DNA of 64,000 nucleotides from Camelus ferus (Eukaryota): positions 87,422,001 through 87,486,000 of the forward strand of contig NC_045696.1 of assembly GCF_009834535.1 (NCBI RefSeq). Direction: 5' to 3'. Both the position numbers and the translations under genes were made by a program. Every line of letters begins with the position of its first letter. Position 1 is the first letter of the stretch. The notes under the pieces are model-generated. The model did no database searches and had not been told where the DNA came from. It was given only the letters and a program-made list of their open reading frames with translations. Shown here in pieces: positions 1-12,684 of the stretch.

Positions 1-1000
1 TGAATTGGAATTAACAGAACAAGCAAATCTTGATAAAACTCTTCCACGACTTAACCAATGCACAATGACAAAGAACATCATATCATTAAATTCATTGTTT
101 CCTGTATCTCTCAACAGTTCCATAAACTGGTGATAATTCATAACATTTGCATATACACACTGAAAGATTTAAATAACTATATCCATGACACTTTTCTAAG
201 CATCTGCTTCAGGAAACTGAGCACAAATATATTCAATATGTAGCATACAGTGGAGTAAAACTAGAAGGGGAACATTAGTCTCTTGTTTTGAAATTCCAAT
301 AAATCCTAATTTTTGGCCTAACAGAAAGAGTACCACCTGTCATGAAAGAAACTAATTTTGTTTTATTTAGCTAAAATTCTTCCTTGACAGATCAAATACA
401 TAAAAATTACTATGCCACACATTTCATATTTCAGGCTGCAGATTTATAACATTCCTTCATAAATTTAGAAGTCCTTGAGACTACTCAAGATACTAATTGG
501 GCAGTGTCTCTTTTATCACAGTTAATCTAAAGCTAGAAAAGTACTTGCAAGTTTTTGAATTCTGAACCAGTCTTCGGTATTATTAGAAAAGTCTTATAGT
601 CTGCAGTCAATTATTTAGTGGCTAATTGAAGATCTTTAACTTTGTGAAACATTTAGTCTGTTCCTCATTATTTCTAACACAATTTCAAAGAAAATTATTT
701 TAACATTTCTCCCTCTAAAAATTACTTTCTTTTTTGTGCAAGAATAAAAGCTGATCAAAGTTACAAGCTCAGATTCTGTTAAAATTTTTGTTTAAAAGTT
801 TTTATTTCAGGCAACAAATTTCTTTGTTTTTAATTGATGAGAGAAAAATACCTAGTCCATTATGTATCACTTGAAAGTATATCTTAAGATCATCCATTTT
901 ATTACTATAGAATTTTTACATTACAAATAGCTTTATTATCTTTCTGTTGTAACAAGTTTCCAAGATTACTTCATTATCTTTTTTTAACTGTCTCAATCTA
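1..1000 (-). mobile_element. Fossil hAT/Charlie-type transposase coding region, truncated by the window edge
   Basis: Minus-strand translation of 1-255 gives LHCMLHIEYICAQFPEADA*KSVMDIVI*IFQCVYANVMNYHQFMELLRDTGNNEFNDMMFFVIVHWLSRGRVLSRF, containing the hAT CxxH and WLSRG motifs. About 495-535 gives ALD../CDKRDTAQL, matching the LDESTD..DTAQL motif. Stops and frameshifts are present; the right boundary is approximate. Confidence 0.85.
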
Positions 1001-1904
1001 GTATTATGTTCTGCATCTTCACTCAATTCTGCATGTCATTTGTCTTTATTTTAAATTTAAAAATATGTATTTATTTCCTAACCTAAAAAAATCTATTTGT
1101 GTCATAATATAACAATACTAGTATTAACTACCAATTATACTTTGCATAGGCATCACTATTATTACCATCTTCATAAACAGAAACGTATCATAGTGTTATA
1201 TTTGTACATAGAAAACACTATTCCAAATGAATCTATTCACTGATAACAGCTATGTCAGTGATATGTTTATTTTTAATACTAGAAATACTGTCTACTGTCA
1301 ACACTTGCACTACAACACAACAACACATCTCAGGCTAATCAACATTTAAAATGAAACAAATTCCTATTGAGAGAATAAAGTTCAGCTTAATGGAAAAGTA
1401 TTTCATACTGTTTCAGTGAACAGTTTACAACATTTCACACTGCTACGATTAAATAAAATCTATCATTTGGTTCCTCTGCACTTTAGCTGTATTTCAAGTG
1501 TTCTGTTCTAACCTCTGTGGGACAGTCAATATCAATCCTCCCCATACCACATACTCAGAAAAACACAGAGATTCATTTAACAGGCAAGGAAGGAGATTTC
1601 TGATGTGTTCTCTGACCAAAAAGATTAATACAGTTAACTAAAAAAAATGAGTATCCTTAATTTCCAGAGATGATATATAAATATTAAAATAGGATAGATA
1701 TGACAGAGCATTGTTCTCAGAGTTAGAAGAGTAGAATACAAGTTTCCTAAAAATACAAACAACAACATAAAATAATGACTCTGAAAGAAATAAAGAATCA
1801 AGTATTTAACAGGAAACAAATAATATTAAATTTACTTCAAACAATGCCATGACTTACTCTTACATTCCATAACTGTATCTTTCATATATTCAACTTATTT
1901 TCAA

Positions 1905-2380
1905 CATTTTATTTTAAAATATTTCAGCCTTAAAGATAAGGTGCAAAAATAACTACTTTTCTCCCATATTCCCCAATGTTAACATATTACATTTTCATTA
2001 TTTTTAAATCATTCTCTCTGTATACAAACATACACACATGTGTATCAATTTTCTGAAACATGTTTAAGTTACAACCACATAGCCCATTTGCCTTTAAATA
2101 TTTTAAATTATATATTCTTTAAAAATTTTACACAATCATAATACAAGTATCAAAATCAGAAAATTTTCAGTGATATAATAGTATCTAATTTAGAGACTAT
2201 ATGCAAATTTCACCAATTGTCTCATTAACCCCCTTTGTTGCAAAAGAAAAAATTTAGATGTTTTTCAGGACTGAGATCCACCTCAGGATAAAAAGTTGTA
2301 CTTATTTCATTGCTTTTGCCTTGAAATTTTAATACGGAATGATTTTTTTAGTCTTTTTTTGGGACTTACTTTTATAGAGT
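1905..2380 (-). mobile_element. Old L1 (L1MC/ME-like) 3' fragment
   Basis: ttttattttaaaatatttcagccttaaagataaggtgcaaaaataac...aatgttaacatattac resembles the antisense L1MC 3' end. Confidence 0.6.
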
Positions 2381-2630
2381 TCTATCCTAAATTTAACAAT
2401 CAGTTATAATCTATAATAATGTTTTAGCCACCTGTTTCCCCCTCATGGAAAACTGAGTTACAATTGAATATGTGCTCCAGTTCCAACATTGGCTTCCATT
2501 CCATAGCTCTTCAGATCTATTATCAACACTAATTGCCATAAACAGAATTTTTTTCAAGTGGAAAATGCATTCAAAATTGAGTTGATTTTGTCAGAAAAAA
2601 ATTTACTTCATCACTGATATCCTTCCTTAG

Positions 2631-2650
2631 ATATATACAGCTTAGGCTAA
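2631..2650 (+). CDS. Candidate 20-nt microexon (xYIQLRL) of an unidentified gene
   Basis: cactgat branch-like site, ccttccttag acceptor and gtaagt donor. The only open frame ends in phase 1, which fits the next candidate exon. Confidence 0.3.
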
Positions 2651-3189
2651 GTAAGTACCTCTGTCTTTTTCTCCTAAGGAAAAAAGCTAAAGAATACTTC
2701 CCAGCCAGGGTCACAGATAACATATTATTTGGGGTTATGATAGAGGTATAACAAAGATGGTCACAATTCTTCCTTTCAGGTTGTAACTTTAAGTGGCTCA
2801 GAGGGAGTGAAAGAAGAAGTGGAAAAGGCAGCTTCATATAGTACTTGAAACCATTATAAAATCTCAAGATATTTCTAAACAAAGTCAGTGATCTCTCTGG
2901 ACAAGAATCCTGCATAACATGAAGAAAGTGAAGCAGGGTAATTCTATACTCCACAAAGGTCTAAAGGACAAAAAGAAAAAGCAGTTGTGCCCAGGAGCAA
3001 AACATACAAAAAACTAAAACACTCAAGAGCAAAGTAAACCACGCAAACTCAACTCCTTCACTCTGAAATTATAGGTTATTAAATGACTGATATGGTTCCC
3101 CTCTATTAAAGTCTAAATCATACATGTACATTTCTCAAGGATGGCCACCTCTGGAAAAGAGAGACATAGATGATTTTGAAGGAATTATG

Positions 3190-3770
3190 GATTTGAGGTC
3201 TCAGAACAGTGACTTCTAATTAGTCTTGAGGGAGTCAGAGGTGTGTTGATGCAGGTAACACCTAAGGGGGTGTTAGAGAAGAATTAGTTAGAAGAGCAGA
3301 GTGAGGAAGGAGTGTTTGGAGCAGCTTGGGCAAAAACGAGAGGGAACAGGATACAGTTGGGAAACTGTCTGGATTCCACTATACCTGAAGCAAAGAGTTT
3401 TATGTAGAAAGGTAGAGATGCGAGAGATAAGGTTGTACAATTAGGCTAGGGTCATGTCTTATTTGATATTTTTTGTCCTTGTGGGATTTTATACAGAAGA
3501 CTATAAGGATCTAAGAAGGGTTTATGCAGTGGAATGAATTAATGCCTAAATCTTATTTTTATTCTAGAATATTCTTAGAAGCTGATGGAAAATTTTAATG
3601 GGTTAGGGAAGAATAGATGAGAAGGCATGGGAACTGAAGGAGAAAAGGTGATTAAGAAGTTATTGACAAAGAAAGAGATAATGAGAAATAGAGCTATGGT
3701 GGAAAACAAACCAGAAGGTGTTGGTCTAAGTGTTAGGATATTTGAGATTAGTGATTAAAATGTAGAACAT
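3190..3770 (-). mobile_element. Degenerate L2 fragment
   Basis: Purine-rich gagggaacag/gagataaggtt/ggctagggtcatg pattern typical of antisense L2. Confidence 0.5.
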
Positions 3771-3819
3771 TTTTATGTCTTTATGTTCTCCGGCCAACCC
3801 TTGCCACTTTCCTTTAAGA

Positions 3820-4011
3820 CAGCTGACCATTGAGCAATTCAGGTATGAACTGTGTGAGTCTAGTTGTATGTGGATATTTTTCAGTAGTAAATTCTACAGA
3901 GCTACATGGTGTGAGTTTGCTTGAATATGCGGGTTTGAAGGAACCATGGATAGCGAAGTCAGAATATAGTCTTTATGCAGATTAACCCCTGCATTGTTCA
4001 AGGATCAACTG
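3820..4011. mobile_element. Tigger2/MER8-like MITE (TcMar-Tigger)
   Basis: Inverted termini cagctgaccattgagcaa ... ttgttcaaggatcaactg, followed by TA. Confidence 0.8.
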
Positions 4012-4597
4012 TACTTTCAAATCAACATACAGGCAGGCTTTTCCCAGGTATTTGAGGGAAAAACATGCAGATTTTGGGTCTATGCATCACAAAATAAGAC
4101 TTCTGTTTGCTCAGTTTATCATATTCCCCTGCTCACCAGAGCCTTCCTAATAACTGCTAGCTTAGTCTTGCATAGCATATCTTGCCCTGCTTCAACAATT
4201 GCATCTTGGATAAGAATCACCCTTAGCCAAAGAAAAGTAAGGTATGCGAGAGACATTTGGGTACTTATGACCATGGGCAGGGAGGGGAAGAAGAGTGAGG
4301 GATTTAGCACAAGACAGTAAGAGGACAGTTCCTCTTAAACTTGTAAACTTTTTTTCCAGTGGCTATGAGTATTAGAGATGCTTAGGTGGTACAGAGAGAC
4401 AAAAGAATTCCATTACATTATCTGAGTCTAGTTCTAAAAATGATAAAGGTCACTGACAGCTTTTTTTAAAAAAAAATAATAGTTTGTTGCTGATAAATAA
4501 AATGAAGATTCTTTCAGGAACAATTTGTTTTCCTATGGGAATGGAAATCAGGATACATGAGTACAGTATGGATATATTAAGTCTGAAGGCTCTATAT

Positions 4598-4730
4598 AGC
4601 ACTGCCCAATAGATATATAATGTAAATAACAAATGTAAGTGACATACATAATTTGAAAATTTCTAGAGCTACATGTTAAAAAGAGAAACAGTCCAAACTA
4701 GTTTAAACAATATATTTCATTTAACCTGAT
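4598..4730. mobile_element. MER33/MER3-like hAT-Charlie fragment
   Basis: agcactgcccaatagatatataatgtaa...taatttgaaaatttctag. Confidence 0.55.
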
Positions 4731-4879
4731 TAAATACATACATGTACATATGTGTATATAGCTAATATTTATACAAAAATCACAATTATATTTTCTCAAA
4801 AATACAATATAATCAAACATATAGTATACATGTTAATCTGAAATTTATGAAACAAATGACTCATTTAAAAATGAATCAG

Positions 4880-7800
4880 AAAGTAATTCAGCAAGATAAC
4901 AGCATAGGAGGCTCCAAACTATCCTTCTCCCACAGAGACATCGATCCAAAAACAACATGAAGACCAGTTCCTTTTGGAAGAAATCTGAAGCCAGTTAAGA
5001 GACTGCTGCACCCTAGGCAAGCACAAAATCACACACTGAAGCTGGAAGGAAAAATTCATGGCACTCATCACAGTCCCACTGTGTCATCAATGACAAAGTG
5101 GGAAGAGGACAGGGATATAAAAGAGTATATTTTTATGACACTGATGTTGTTCAGTTGAAAAATAGATTGCTATAACTTTAAGATGTTTTATGTAGTTGCA
5201 GTAATAACTACAAAGATAATTATAGAGTAAACACAAAAGGAATGAGAAGAAAATCAAAACATGTCACTACAAATAATCAACAAAACACAAAAGAGGCAAC
5301 ATGAACATAAAGGGGAAAAATGCTACAAGACAGACAGAAAATAACAAAATGGCAATAGTCTTTTCCTATCAGTAATTACTCTAAACCTACATGTATTAAA
5401 AGTCCTGACTGAAAGACATCTATCAGTTGAATGGATAAATAAGCAGGCTCCAACTATACGTTGTCTAAAAGAGACTCACTTTAGATCTATGGGTATATAT
5501 AGGCTAAAAGTGAAAGAATGGAAAAAGATATTCTGTGAAGATGGTAATTAAAAGAAAGCAGAGGTGGCCATACTTATACCAGAAAAAAATGTACTTTAAC
5601 ATAAGAAAAGTCTTGTCTTAAGAGACAAAAAATAACATTAAAAAATGGTAAGAGTTAATTAACAGGAATATTAAACATACATATGTACACAACATCAGAG
5701 AACCCAAATATATGAATCAAACATGGATAAAACTGAAGTGAGAAACAGTAACACAGTAGCAGTGGGAGATTTCAATACCCCACTTCAATAATGGATAGAC
5801 CAATCATACAGAAGATCAACTAAGAAACAGAGGACTTGAGGACTATCCACTGAATGGACCTAAGAGATGCACCAAAACACTTCATGCAACAGGAGCAGAA
5901 TTCATATTCTTCTCAAACACACCCAGAACATTCTCCAGAATTGATCATATGTTAGGTCACAAAACAAGTATTTATGAATTTAAGAAGACTGAAGTCATGC
6001 CAAGTATCTCTTACAATCACAGTGAAATAAAACTAGATATTAATAGCAGAGGGAAAACTCAAAAATTCACAAATATGTGTAAGTTAAACATCAAATTTGA
6101 ACCTATGCATACAAGAAGCCAAAAGAGAAATCAGAAAATATTTTGAGACTAACAAAAACAAAAATCCAACATACCAAATATTATGGGATACAGCAAGAGC
6201 AATAGTAAGAAGGAAGATTATAGCAATAATCACCAACATTAAAAAAATAGAGGAAAGATCTCAAATAACCTAATTTTACACCTCAAGGAATAAAGAACTA
6301 AGCCCAAAGTTAGTCAAAGGACGTTAATAAAGATTAGAGCAGAAATAAATGAGATAGAAAATTAAACAGAAACAATTAAAAATAATCAATGAAACTAAGA
6401 GTTGATTTTTGAAAGTATCAACAAAATTGACTATGCCTTACCCAGATTAAAAGAATATTTAAATAAAATCAGAAATGAAAAATGAGACATTACAACTAAT
6501 GCCACAGAAATAAAAAGGATTATGAGTGACAATTATGAACAATTATATGCTAACAAATTGAATAACTTAAAAGAAATTTATATGTTCCTAGAAACATAAT
6601 CTTTGCAGAATGAATCATGAAGAAACAGAACAGCTGAACAGATCTTTAACTAGTAAGAAGATTTAATCAGTATTCAAAACCTTTCAACAAAGCCGAGGAC
6701 CAGATGTCTTCATTGAAGTCTACCAAATATTTAAAGAATTAATGCCAATCCTTTCCAAACTCTTTAAAAAAAAAAAAATGAGGTCAAGGGAACACATTCA
6801 ACCTGAAGTTACACAGCCAGCATTACCCTGATACCGAAGCTAGTTGAGAAACTACATGGAAAAAAACAAACAAACTATAGACCATGATCTCTGATGAACA
6901 GTGATGCAAAAATCCTCAATAAAGTACTAACAAATTGAACTTAACAGCACATGGAAAGGACTATACACCATGACCAAATTGGGATGCAAAGATATTTCAA
7001 GATATCAAAAATTAATTTTCATGATCAAAATACTCAACAAACTAGGAATAGAAGGAAATTACCTCAGAAAATATGAAAAGCCCACAACTAACATCACACT
7101 CAGTGGCAAAAAATAAAAGCTTTTCCACTAAAATCAAAAACAAAACAAGGATGACTACACTCACATTTATATTTAACATATTAAATGTTGTAACTAGAAC
7201 AATTAGGCAAGAAAAATAAATAAAAGTCATTCAAATCTGAAAAGAGCTAGTAAAATTATCTATGTTATCAAATTACATGTTCTCATATTTTAAAAATCCT
7301 AAAGACTGCACAATAATACTGTTAGCACTCGTTAACAAATTTAGCAAAGCTGCTGGATATAAAATAAACATACAAAAATCAGTTGCATTTATATACACAA
7401 ACAGTGAACAACCCAAAAGAGAAATTATTAAAAAAAATCTTATGTACAATAGCATCAAAAAACAAAAACACAAACACAAACTTTTAGGGATTAACTTAAC
7501 TGAAGGTGTGAGACATTTGCTTGTACACTGAAAACCACAAAACATTCAAAACATTGGTGTAAAAAGACACAAATAAATGGAAAGACAGCTTTATTTATGG
7601 ATGGCAAGACTAAATATTTTTAAAATGTCCAAACTTCACAAAGTGCTGCATAGATTCAATATAATCCCTGTCAAGATCTCACTGTCATTTTTTGCATCAA
7701 CAGATAAAACTTTCCTAAAATTTATTTGGAACCACAAGTACCCCAAATAGCCAAAACTATCTTAAAAAACAAACAAACAAACAAACAAAAACAAACAAAG

Positions 7801-8080
7801 CTGGAGACTTCACACTTCCTGACTTCAAAAGGTATTACAAAGCTGGAATAAATTGTAGAGCACACAGAAATAAACACATGAATATATGGTCAAGTGATCG
7901 TCCACAGGGACGCCAAGACTATACAATGGAGAAAGGTTCATCTCTTCAGCAAATGGTGCTGAGAAACTGGACGGTCACATGCAGAATGAGATTAAAGCCT
8001 TGTACTTTGCACAAAAATCAACTCAAAATAGATTAAAGATTTAAATTAGAACCTGAAACTTTAACTCCTAGAAGAAAACA
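4880..8080 (+). mobile_element. Old L1M element: 5' fragment plus degenerate ORF2 (endonuclease and RT), truncated at the 3' side
   Basis: L1 ORF2 motifs: gggagatttcaatacccca (GDFNTP), ttgatcatatgttaggtcacaaa (DHMLGHK), gatgcaaaaatcctcaataaa, tacaaaaatcagttgcattt. Ends abruptly at ctcctagaagaaaac; many stops. Confidence 0.95.
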
Positions 8081-8112
8081 CATTTATAATATATACATAT
8101 ATAACACAGATG

Positions 8113-8421
8113 TACAGGTTGAATGAATACACTAATGGTTTCAATGATTGCTAGTATAGGGATAAGTGGGATTGGTGTTCCTTGGGGCAGGAAGTGCACT
8201 AATGATGCTTTTGTCTTACTGCAAAAACCTGTCACCACAGTCCCGGCTCACAGGGGAATTGCCATGCCTAGATTTATTAATAGTTGTGTAGTAGGTGTAC
8301 ATGAGTGTGGTAGGAGACCTCGTAGATTTGTTGTACCACTAAATATAATAAGGGATATAAGTATTAGAGTTTACGTCTGTCCTTTATAGCTATGAATAGC
8401 TATCATTTGTTTTGACGTGAG
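8113..8421 (-). pseudogene. ATP6: NUMT: mitochondrial ATP synthase subunit a fragment (approximately residues 52-154)
   Basis: Minus strand, vertebrate mitochondrial code, 103 codons without indels: [102 protein letters not shown]. One Trp is encoded by TGA, and another Trp codon has mutated to TAA. Confidence 0.97.
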
Positions 8422-8427
8422 CATAAC

Positions 8428-8956
8428 ATAGTATGATAATTTTATGTATTAACTTGGATTAGCCATGAATTGGTCATATTATTTAGTGGGCCTCTGAGGA
8501 TGTTTCCTGGTGACAGTAACATTTCAATTAGTGAAATTAGTTAAGTAGATTGCTCTATCCAAAGTGGTTGAACATTATGCAGTCCCTTGAGGGCTTGAAT
8601 AGAACAAAAGGCAGAGGGAGGATGAGTTTGTCCCTTTTTCCCTGTCTCACTGAATCAGCTAGGACAATTAATCTCACTTTTTCAACTGTCCTTGGCCTGG
8701 GATTTACATCATTGGCTTCCCATGTCCTCAGGCCCTTGGACTCAGATTGTATTATACTGTGAACTTTCCTAGCTCTCCATTTTACAGAGAGCAAATTGTG
8801 GGACTTCTTGGTCTCCATGATTTCATGAACCAATTCCTCATAGTAAACTTATATCCATATATCCATCCATACATTTATTTTATCCATCCTACTGTCCATC
8901 CACCCTTCCCATCCAACCTATTGATTCTGTCTCTCTGGAGAATCTCAATGAATACA
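8428..8956 (+). mobile_element. MLT2-type (ERVL) solo LTR
   Basis: taattttatgtattaacttgg start, ttgagggcttgaatagaacaaaaggcagagg core, cctattgattctgtctctctggagaatctcaatgaataca end. Confidence 0.9.
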
Positions 8957-9759
8957 AATTGACAATATTTAAATATAAAAATTATTTTTAGATAACAGTA
9001 TACCGTTCCCTTCATCACAGTGAACTGCTGAGATAAAGAATAGAATTTTACTAGAATTTGTGATATTTATTACTAAACGGTTTCCCAAAATGACCATTTA
9101 GCATTATAGGAATATTCCCTACTCACTTGATCCTTCAGTTTTTTATTTCTACTTTCTCCTAAAATACGAATGAGAGAAAACAAAATATCTTTTTGAAGGG
9201 TCTAAGTGCCTGAGTTCTTTTAAAAGAAAGTTATACAGATTCTTATGCTATAAGAGATTTGTATACAATATATTCATATTAAAATGCATTGTACATGAGT
9301 CAAATTTATTGTAGTATCTCCTTAGTCTTAGCTCACAAAAATTATAATAGCATGTATTTTGAAGGGCCAAAGGTAAAATGACATTGATACAACTTTGGTT
9401 GGTGTTTTTTTACTATTCTACATGGTTTTATGAATCTTAATTATTTTGTGATGTTCTTGTGAGCATCCCCTGACAGTTTGTTATATATTTTACAGTAAAT
9501 AAAATAAGTAGTGGTGTATAGTAATGCATACCAATGTAGAACATCATGGATAATACATGATTCAAGATTATTCATTAATGTCACCTGGCTCAGAGTACAA
9601 CTTTGCTCAAAAGTTTGAGGAAAAAAATAACTGATATTACTCAATTAAACTTTGTTTTAAATGTGTAGCTAAAAGTGGACACAACGGTTTTCTGACATTG
9701 AGGACTTGGCTAAATCATTACTCCAGAGAAACTAACATAGTCACCAAAAACAAAAACCA

Positions 9760-9990
9760 CAAGAAAATACTCATGACAATTACAGCTCATGTTTCTATAA
9801 TTGGTCACATGTTCCTGGCTGGTATTGACAAGAGTCTTCTACTACCACCCATTCTGTGTTCCCTTTGCCCAGCAAGCAGCTAAGCTGGTTGCGGCTATTT
9901 ATCTGAGAAACTAAAATGACCATTGCTGTAGGATCTGGACCATTTGTAGTCCTGCCTGTTTGGGGCTGTAGTTTTCTTTTGACTTAATTT
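9760..9990 (-). mobile_element. ERVL internal fragment
   Basis: acccattctgtgttccctttgcccagcaagcagctaagctgg...ccatttgtagtcctgcctg resembles the antisense ERVL 3' internal region. Confidence 0.7.
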
Positions 9991-10122
9991 TAACCCTTAA
10001 AAACCTTAAATCTCTGGCAAAAACCAAGAAGCAAGCAATTGTGAATTGGTTGTCCTATCAGCGTTTCCTGATTTGAAATTTATACCCTAGTTTTTGTTGT
10101 TATTGTTTTTTTTTTTCTTAAG

Positions 10123-10131
10123 AAGGCAAAG
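10123..10131 (+). CDS. Candidate 9-nt microexon AAGGCAAAG (KGK)
   Basis: About 30-nt T-rich tract ending ttcttaag, and donor AAG|gtaggt; symmetric phase 1. Confidence 0.35.
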
Positions 10132-10579
10132 GTAGGTAAACTCAGGATTACCCAGCAATTAATATTTTAATATTTTATAAATGACACAGTCTGTGAGTTT
10201 TCTTTATTTACCCTAGTTTCAAGTTTTAAGTTTGAAGTACCAAAATCTGAAGAGACTATTTCAGATAGACATTCTCAAAACATGGTATTTTAGATCTAAG
10301 TGGTAATCAAAAGAATATTAAATGATGTAACTTGGACATCTTTAAATACATTAACTGATCTTGAAAAGTGAATACCATAGCTAATAAACAAAAAAGATTG
10401 TCATTGAAAATATGATTTGAAAAATAAATCTAAAAAAATAATCCAAGTTTGGCACAAATATTGTTTGCCAAAAGTAAATGTTACTGTTGTAAAACATTTT
10501 CATGGTTAGTAACACTTCATGAAAAAATTAATTTTGCAATATGGTCTTTACTTTTATTAAGTTCCTATTTTTTTCGCAG

Positions 10580-10643
10580 GATCAAGTGATTTGAGAACTA
10601 TCATAAAACCAAAAGAAAAAGCTAGAAATAAAGAAACAAAGAG
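10580..10643 (+). CDS. Candidate 64-nt exon (GSSDLRTIIKPKEKARNKETK)
   Basis: Strong acceptor ttcctatttttttcgcag, open frame, donor GAG|gtagac. Confidence 0.45.
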
Positions 10644-10889
10644 GTAGACTTTCAGGTCTAACTGTCCTTAAATGAATACTTAAAGTTTAGAGCACAAAAA
10701 GTTGAAGAGACTGTCTCTTTACATTGTATATGTTCTTAAGACTTTATCCACATTACTGCATATTTTCCACTGACTCTCAGACATTTGTTACACCTCTTAT
10801 CATATACCCCCAAGTGGACAGAAGTCCCTTGTTGCCCATCAGAGAGTAGTATTTGTTTAAAAGGCCATCTCATTTTCCTTCTGAGCACA

Positions 10890-11258
10890 GAAAACAACAT
10901 GACCTGTCCCCTTTCATTTAGATGGGTCACATAAATAGTTGTAGCCAATACAATGCAGGAGGAATGTGGCATAGTTATGAATGCCCTTTCCAGATCTGAC
11001 ACTTTAGAGAAAAAAAAAAATCTCCTAAGCATGATCTTTACTCTTCTTCTTCATGGTGACCCTGGAGGTCACATATTAAGGACAGTATCCCCAAATAGAA
11101 GAATTTTCTATTGCTTGGTTTCTCCCTGGCAGAGGGTCATCTTCCCCAGGAATATATCTGCACTGAAATTTGCATAAATGAGAACAGCTTTTTACTGTAT
11201 TAATGTAATAAGATTTTGGAGTTGTTATAGAAGATAGCATCAATTACACTAACTAATA
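10890..11258 (+). mobile_element. MLT1 (MaLR) LTR, old subfamily
   Basis: 3' end ...taagattttggagttgttatagaagatagcatcaattacactaactaatata typical of MLT1H-K. Confidence 0.6.
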
Positions 11259-12626
11259 TATTTCACTTGTTAAACTAAACTAGTTAGACTATTAAAAAGT
11301 ACTAAAAGCAAAGTAATGTAGAAGTGATGCATAATATCTGTCCTGTTTGCACCTTGAAATTTCTGCTTTTTGGCCTCATATAACCTGTCCTATTCAGAGG
11401 CTAACCCAGGAAATCTCCAACAGTGTCACAAAAAGCCTGGACCATTTTCACATGCAAATATCTTGGGTTCTTTAGTTCCTAACAATGGGATGGTTTGCAT
11501 GGATCAACTTCTCACAACTACTCAGAACTTCCTTCTATATATCTACCGATACCATCTAAGGAAAGAGACAATGACTTAGTCTCACACAGCTTGTGGTCTT
11601 CACCCTTTCCATTTCTGATCTCTTTCCAGACAGGTGAAACCACACGTGTAGATAAGAAAATTAACAGTCATCCTTATAAAAATTAAGTAGAATGCGTAAT
11701 ACCTTGCTAATAACACTCATTTTTCAAGAGTTGTATATACACTAAAATGAATCATTTAATCATAGATTATCCCCAAAGGTAACTCTAAATCTTATAAGGA
11801 AATATATAGCACCTAAGTGTTAAGTAGTTAGCCAGAAAAGCTGAGTAATTTGGCACTTTGTGAACATTATCAAATAAGACATTGTGGTAACTCTGAGACT
11901 GTAGAACATAATAACCCAAAAGGACGGATTAAAGAATAGTAAAATACACTACTGAGTATGTAAAATATTTACTGTATTTTATAGCACAAATTCAAGACTG
12001 AGATGAATAGATTTATTTTATTATATTTCAATTACAGTATCAATTGGACATTAAATGAGAATGTCATTATTAATAGCTTTCTCTACCAATTTTTAAAGTC
12101 ACAAAAGTGCCCTTTAATTTGTACATTTAAACCTCAAATCTCAGAAAACTACTCTAACTAAAAAACCCAGAAGTTTAGATTTTTAATCTAGTTACATGCA
12201 TATATGGTTTCAATAGAATGAATCATTATTTTTGCTGCCTGCAAGTATAAAAGAGGCAAACAGAAGCAGACCAGCTGTAAAGCATCAACATAATTTACAT
12301 AGAGATAGTCGAGACATTCTTCCTATAGTTATGTTCAGTGTAATTTCTTTTTAGTATTTTGCTAAAAATAATCACTCTGATCCCATTTCACTTTCTATTT
12401 TCTCCAAATGCTCTTTAGAAGTAACCCTCTAAATTCCCTTGTAAGAATTTCAATTGGGAGGGAAATTGATTCTGAAGGGTGATAAAATATGAAAGTTATT
12501 TCAATAAAATCTGTGCAAAGATATTTTTAATCATTTTTCTGTTTGCTGAATGTTCATATCCTAAAAAGCAGCATCCATAGTCTAGAGAATTTAATGGTTT
12601 TCCCTCACCCAACAAGTCTGAAAAAG

Positions 12627-12684
12627 GCCTCCACTGATGCAACAGAGAGAAACTGAGTTGATGATAGTCAAGTACCAGAAGAGA
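12627..12684 (+). CDS. Candidate 58-nt exon (RPPLMQQRETELMIVKYQKR)
   Basis: Good donor AGA|gtaagt. The frame-preserving acceptor (AG at 12625-26) is weak; the alternative acceptor at 12615-16 gives a frame containing TGA. Confidence 0.3.

Noticed and set aside
2780..2848. Acceptor-like ttcttcctttcag followed by VVTLSGSEGVKEEVEKAASYST*
   Set aside because: No convincing donor, and the phase does not fit the exon chain
5949..7545. ORFs resembling endonuclease/reverse transcriptase pieces
   Set aside because: Fragments of a dead L1 ORF2 with many stops and frameshifts, not an active or novel RT system
8123..8389. 88-aa + strand [16 protein letters not shown]...
   Set aside because: It is the antisense shadow of the ATP6 NUMT
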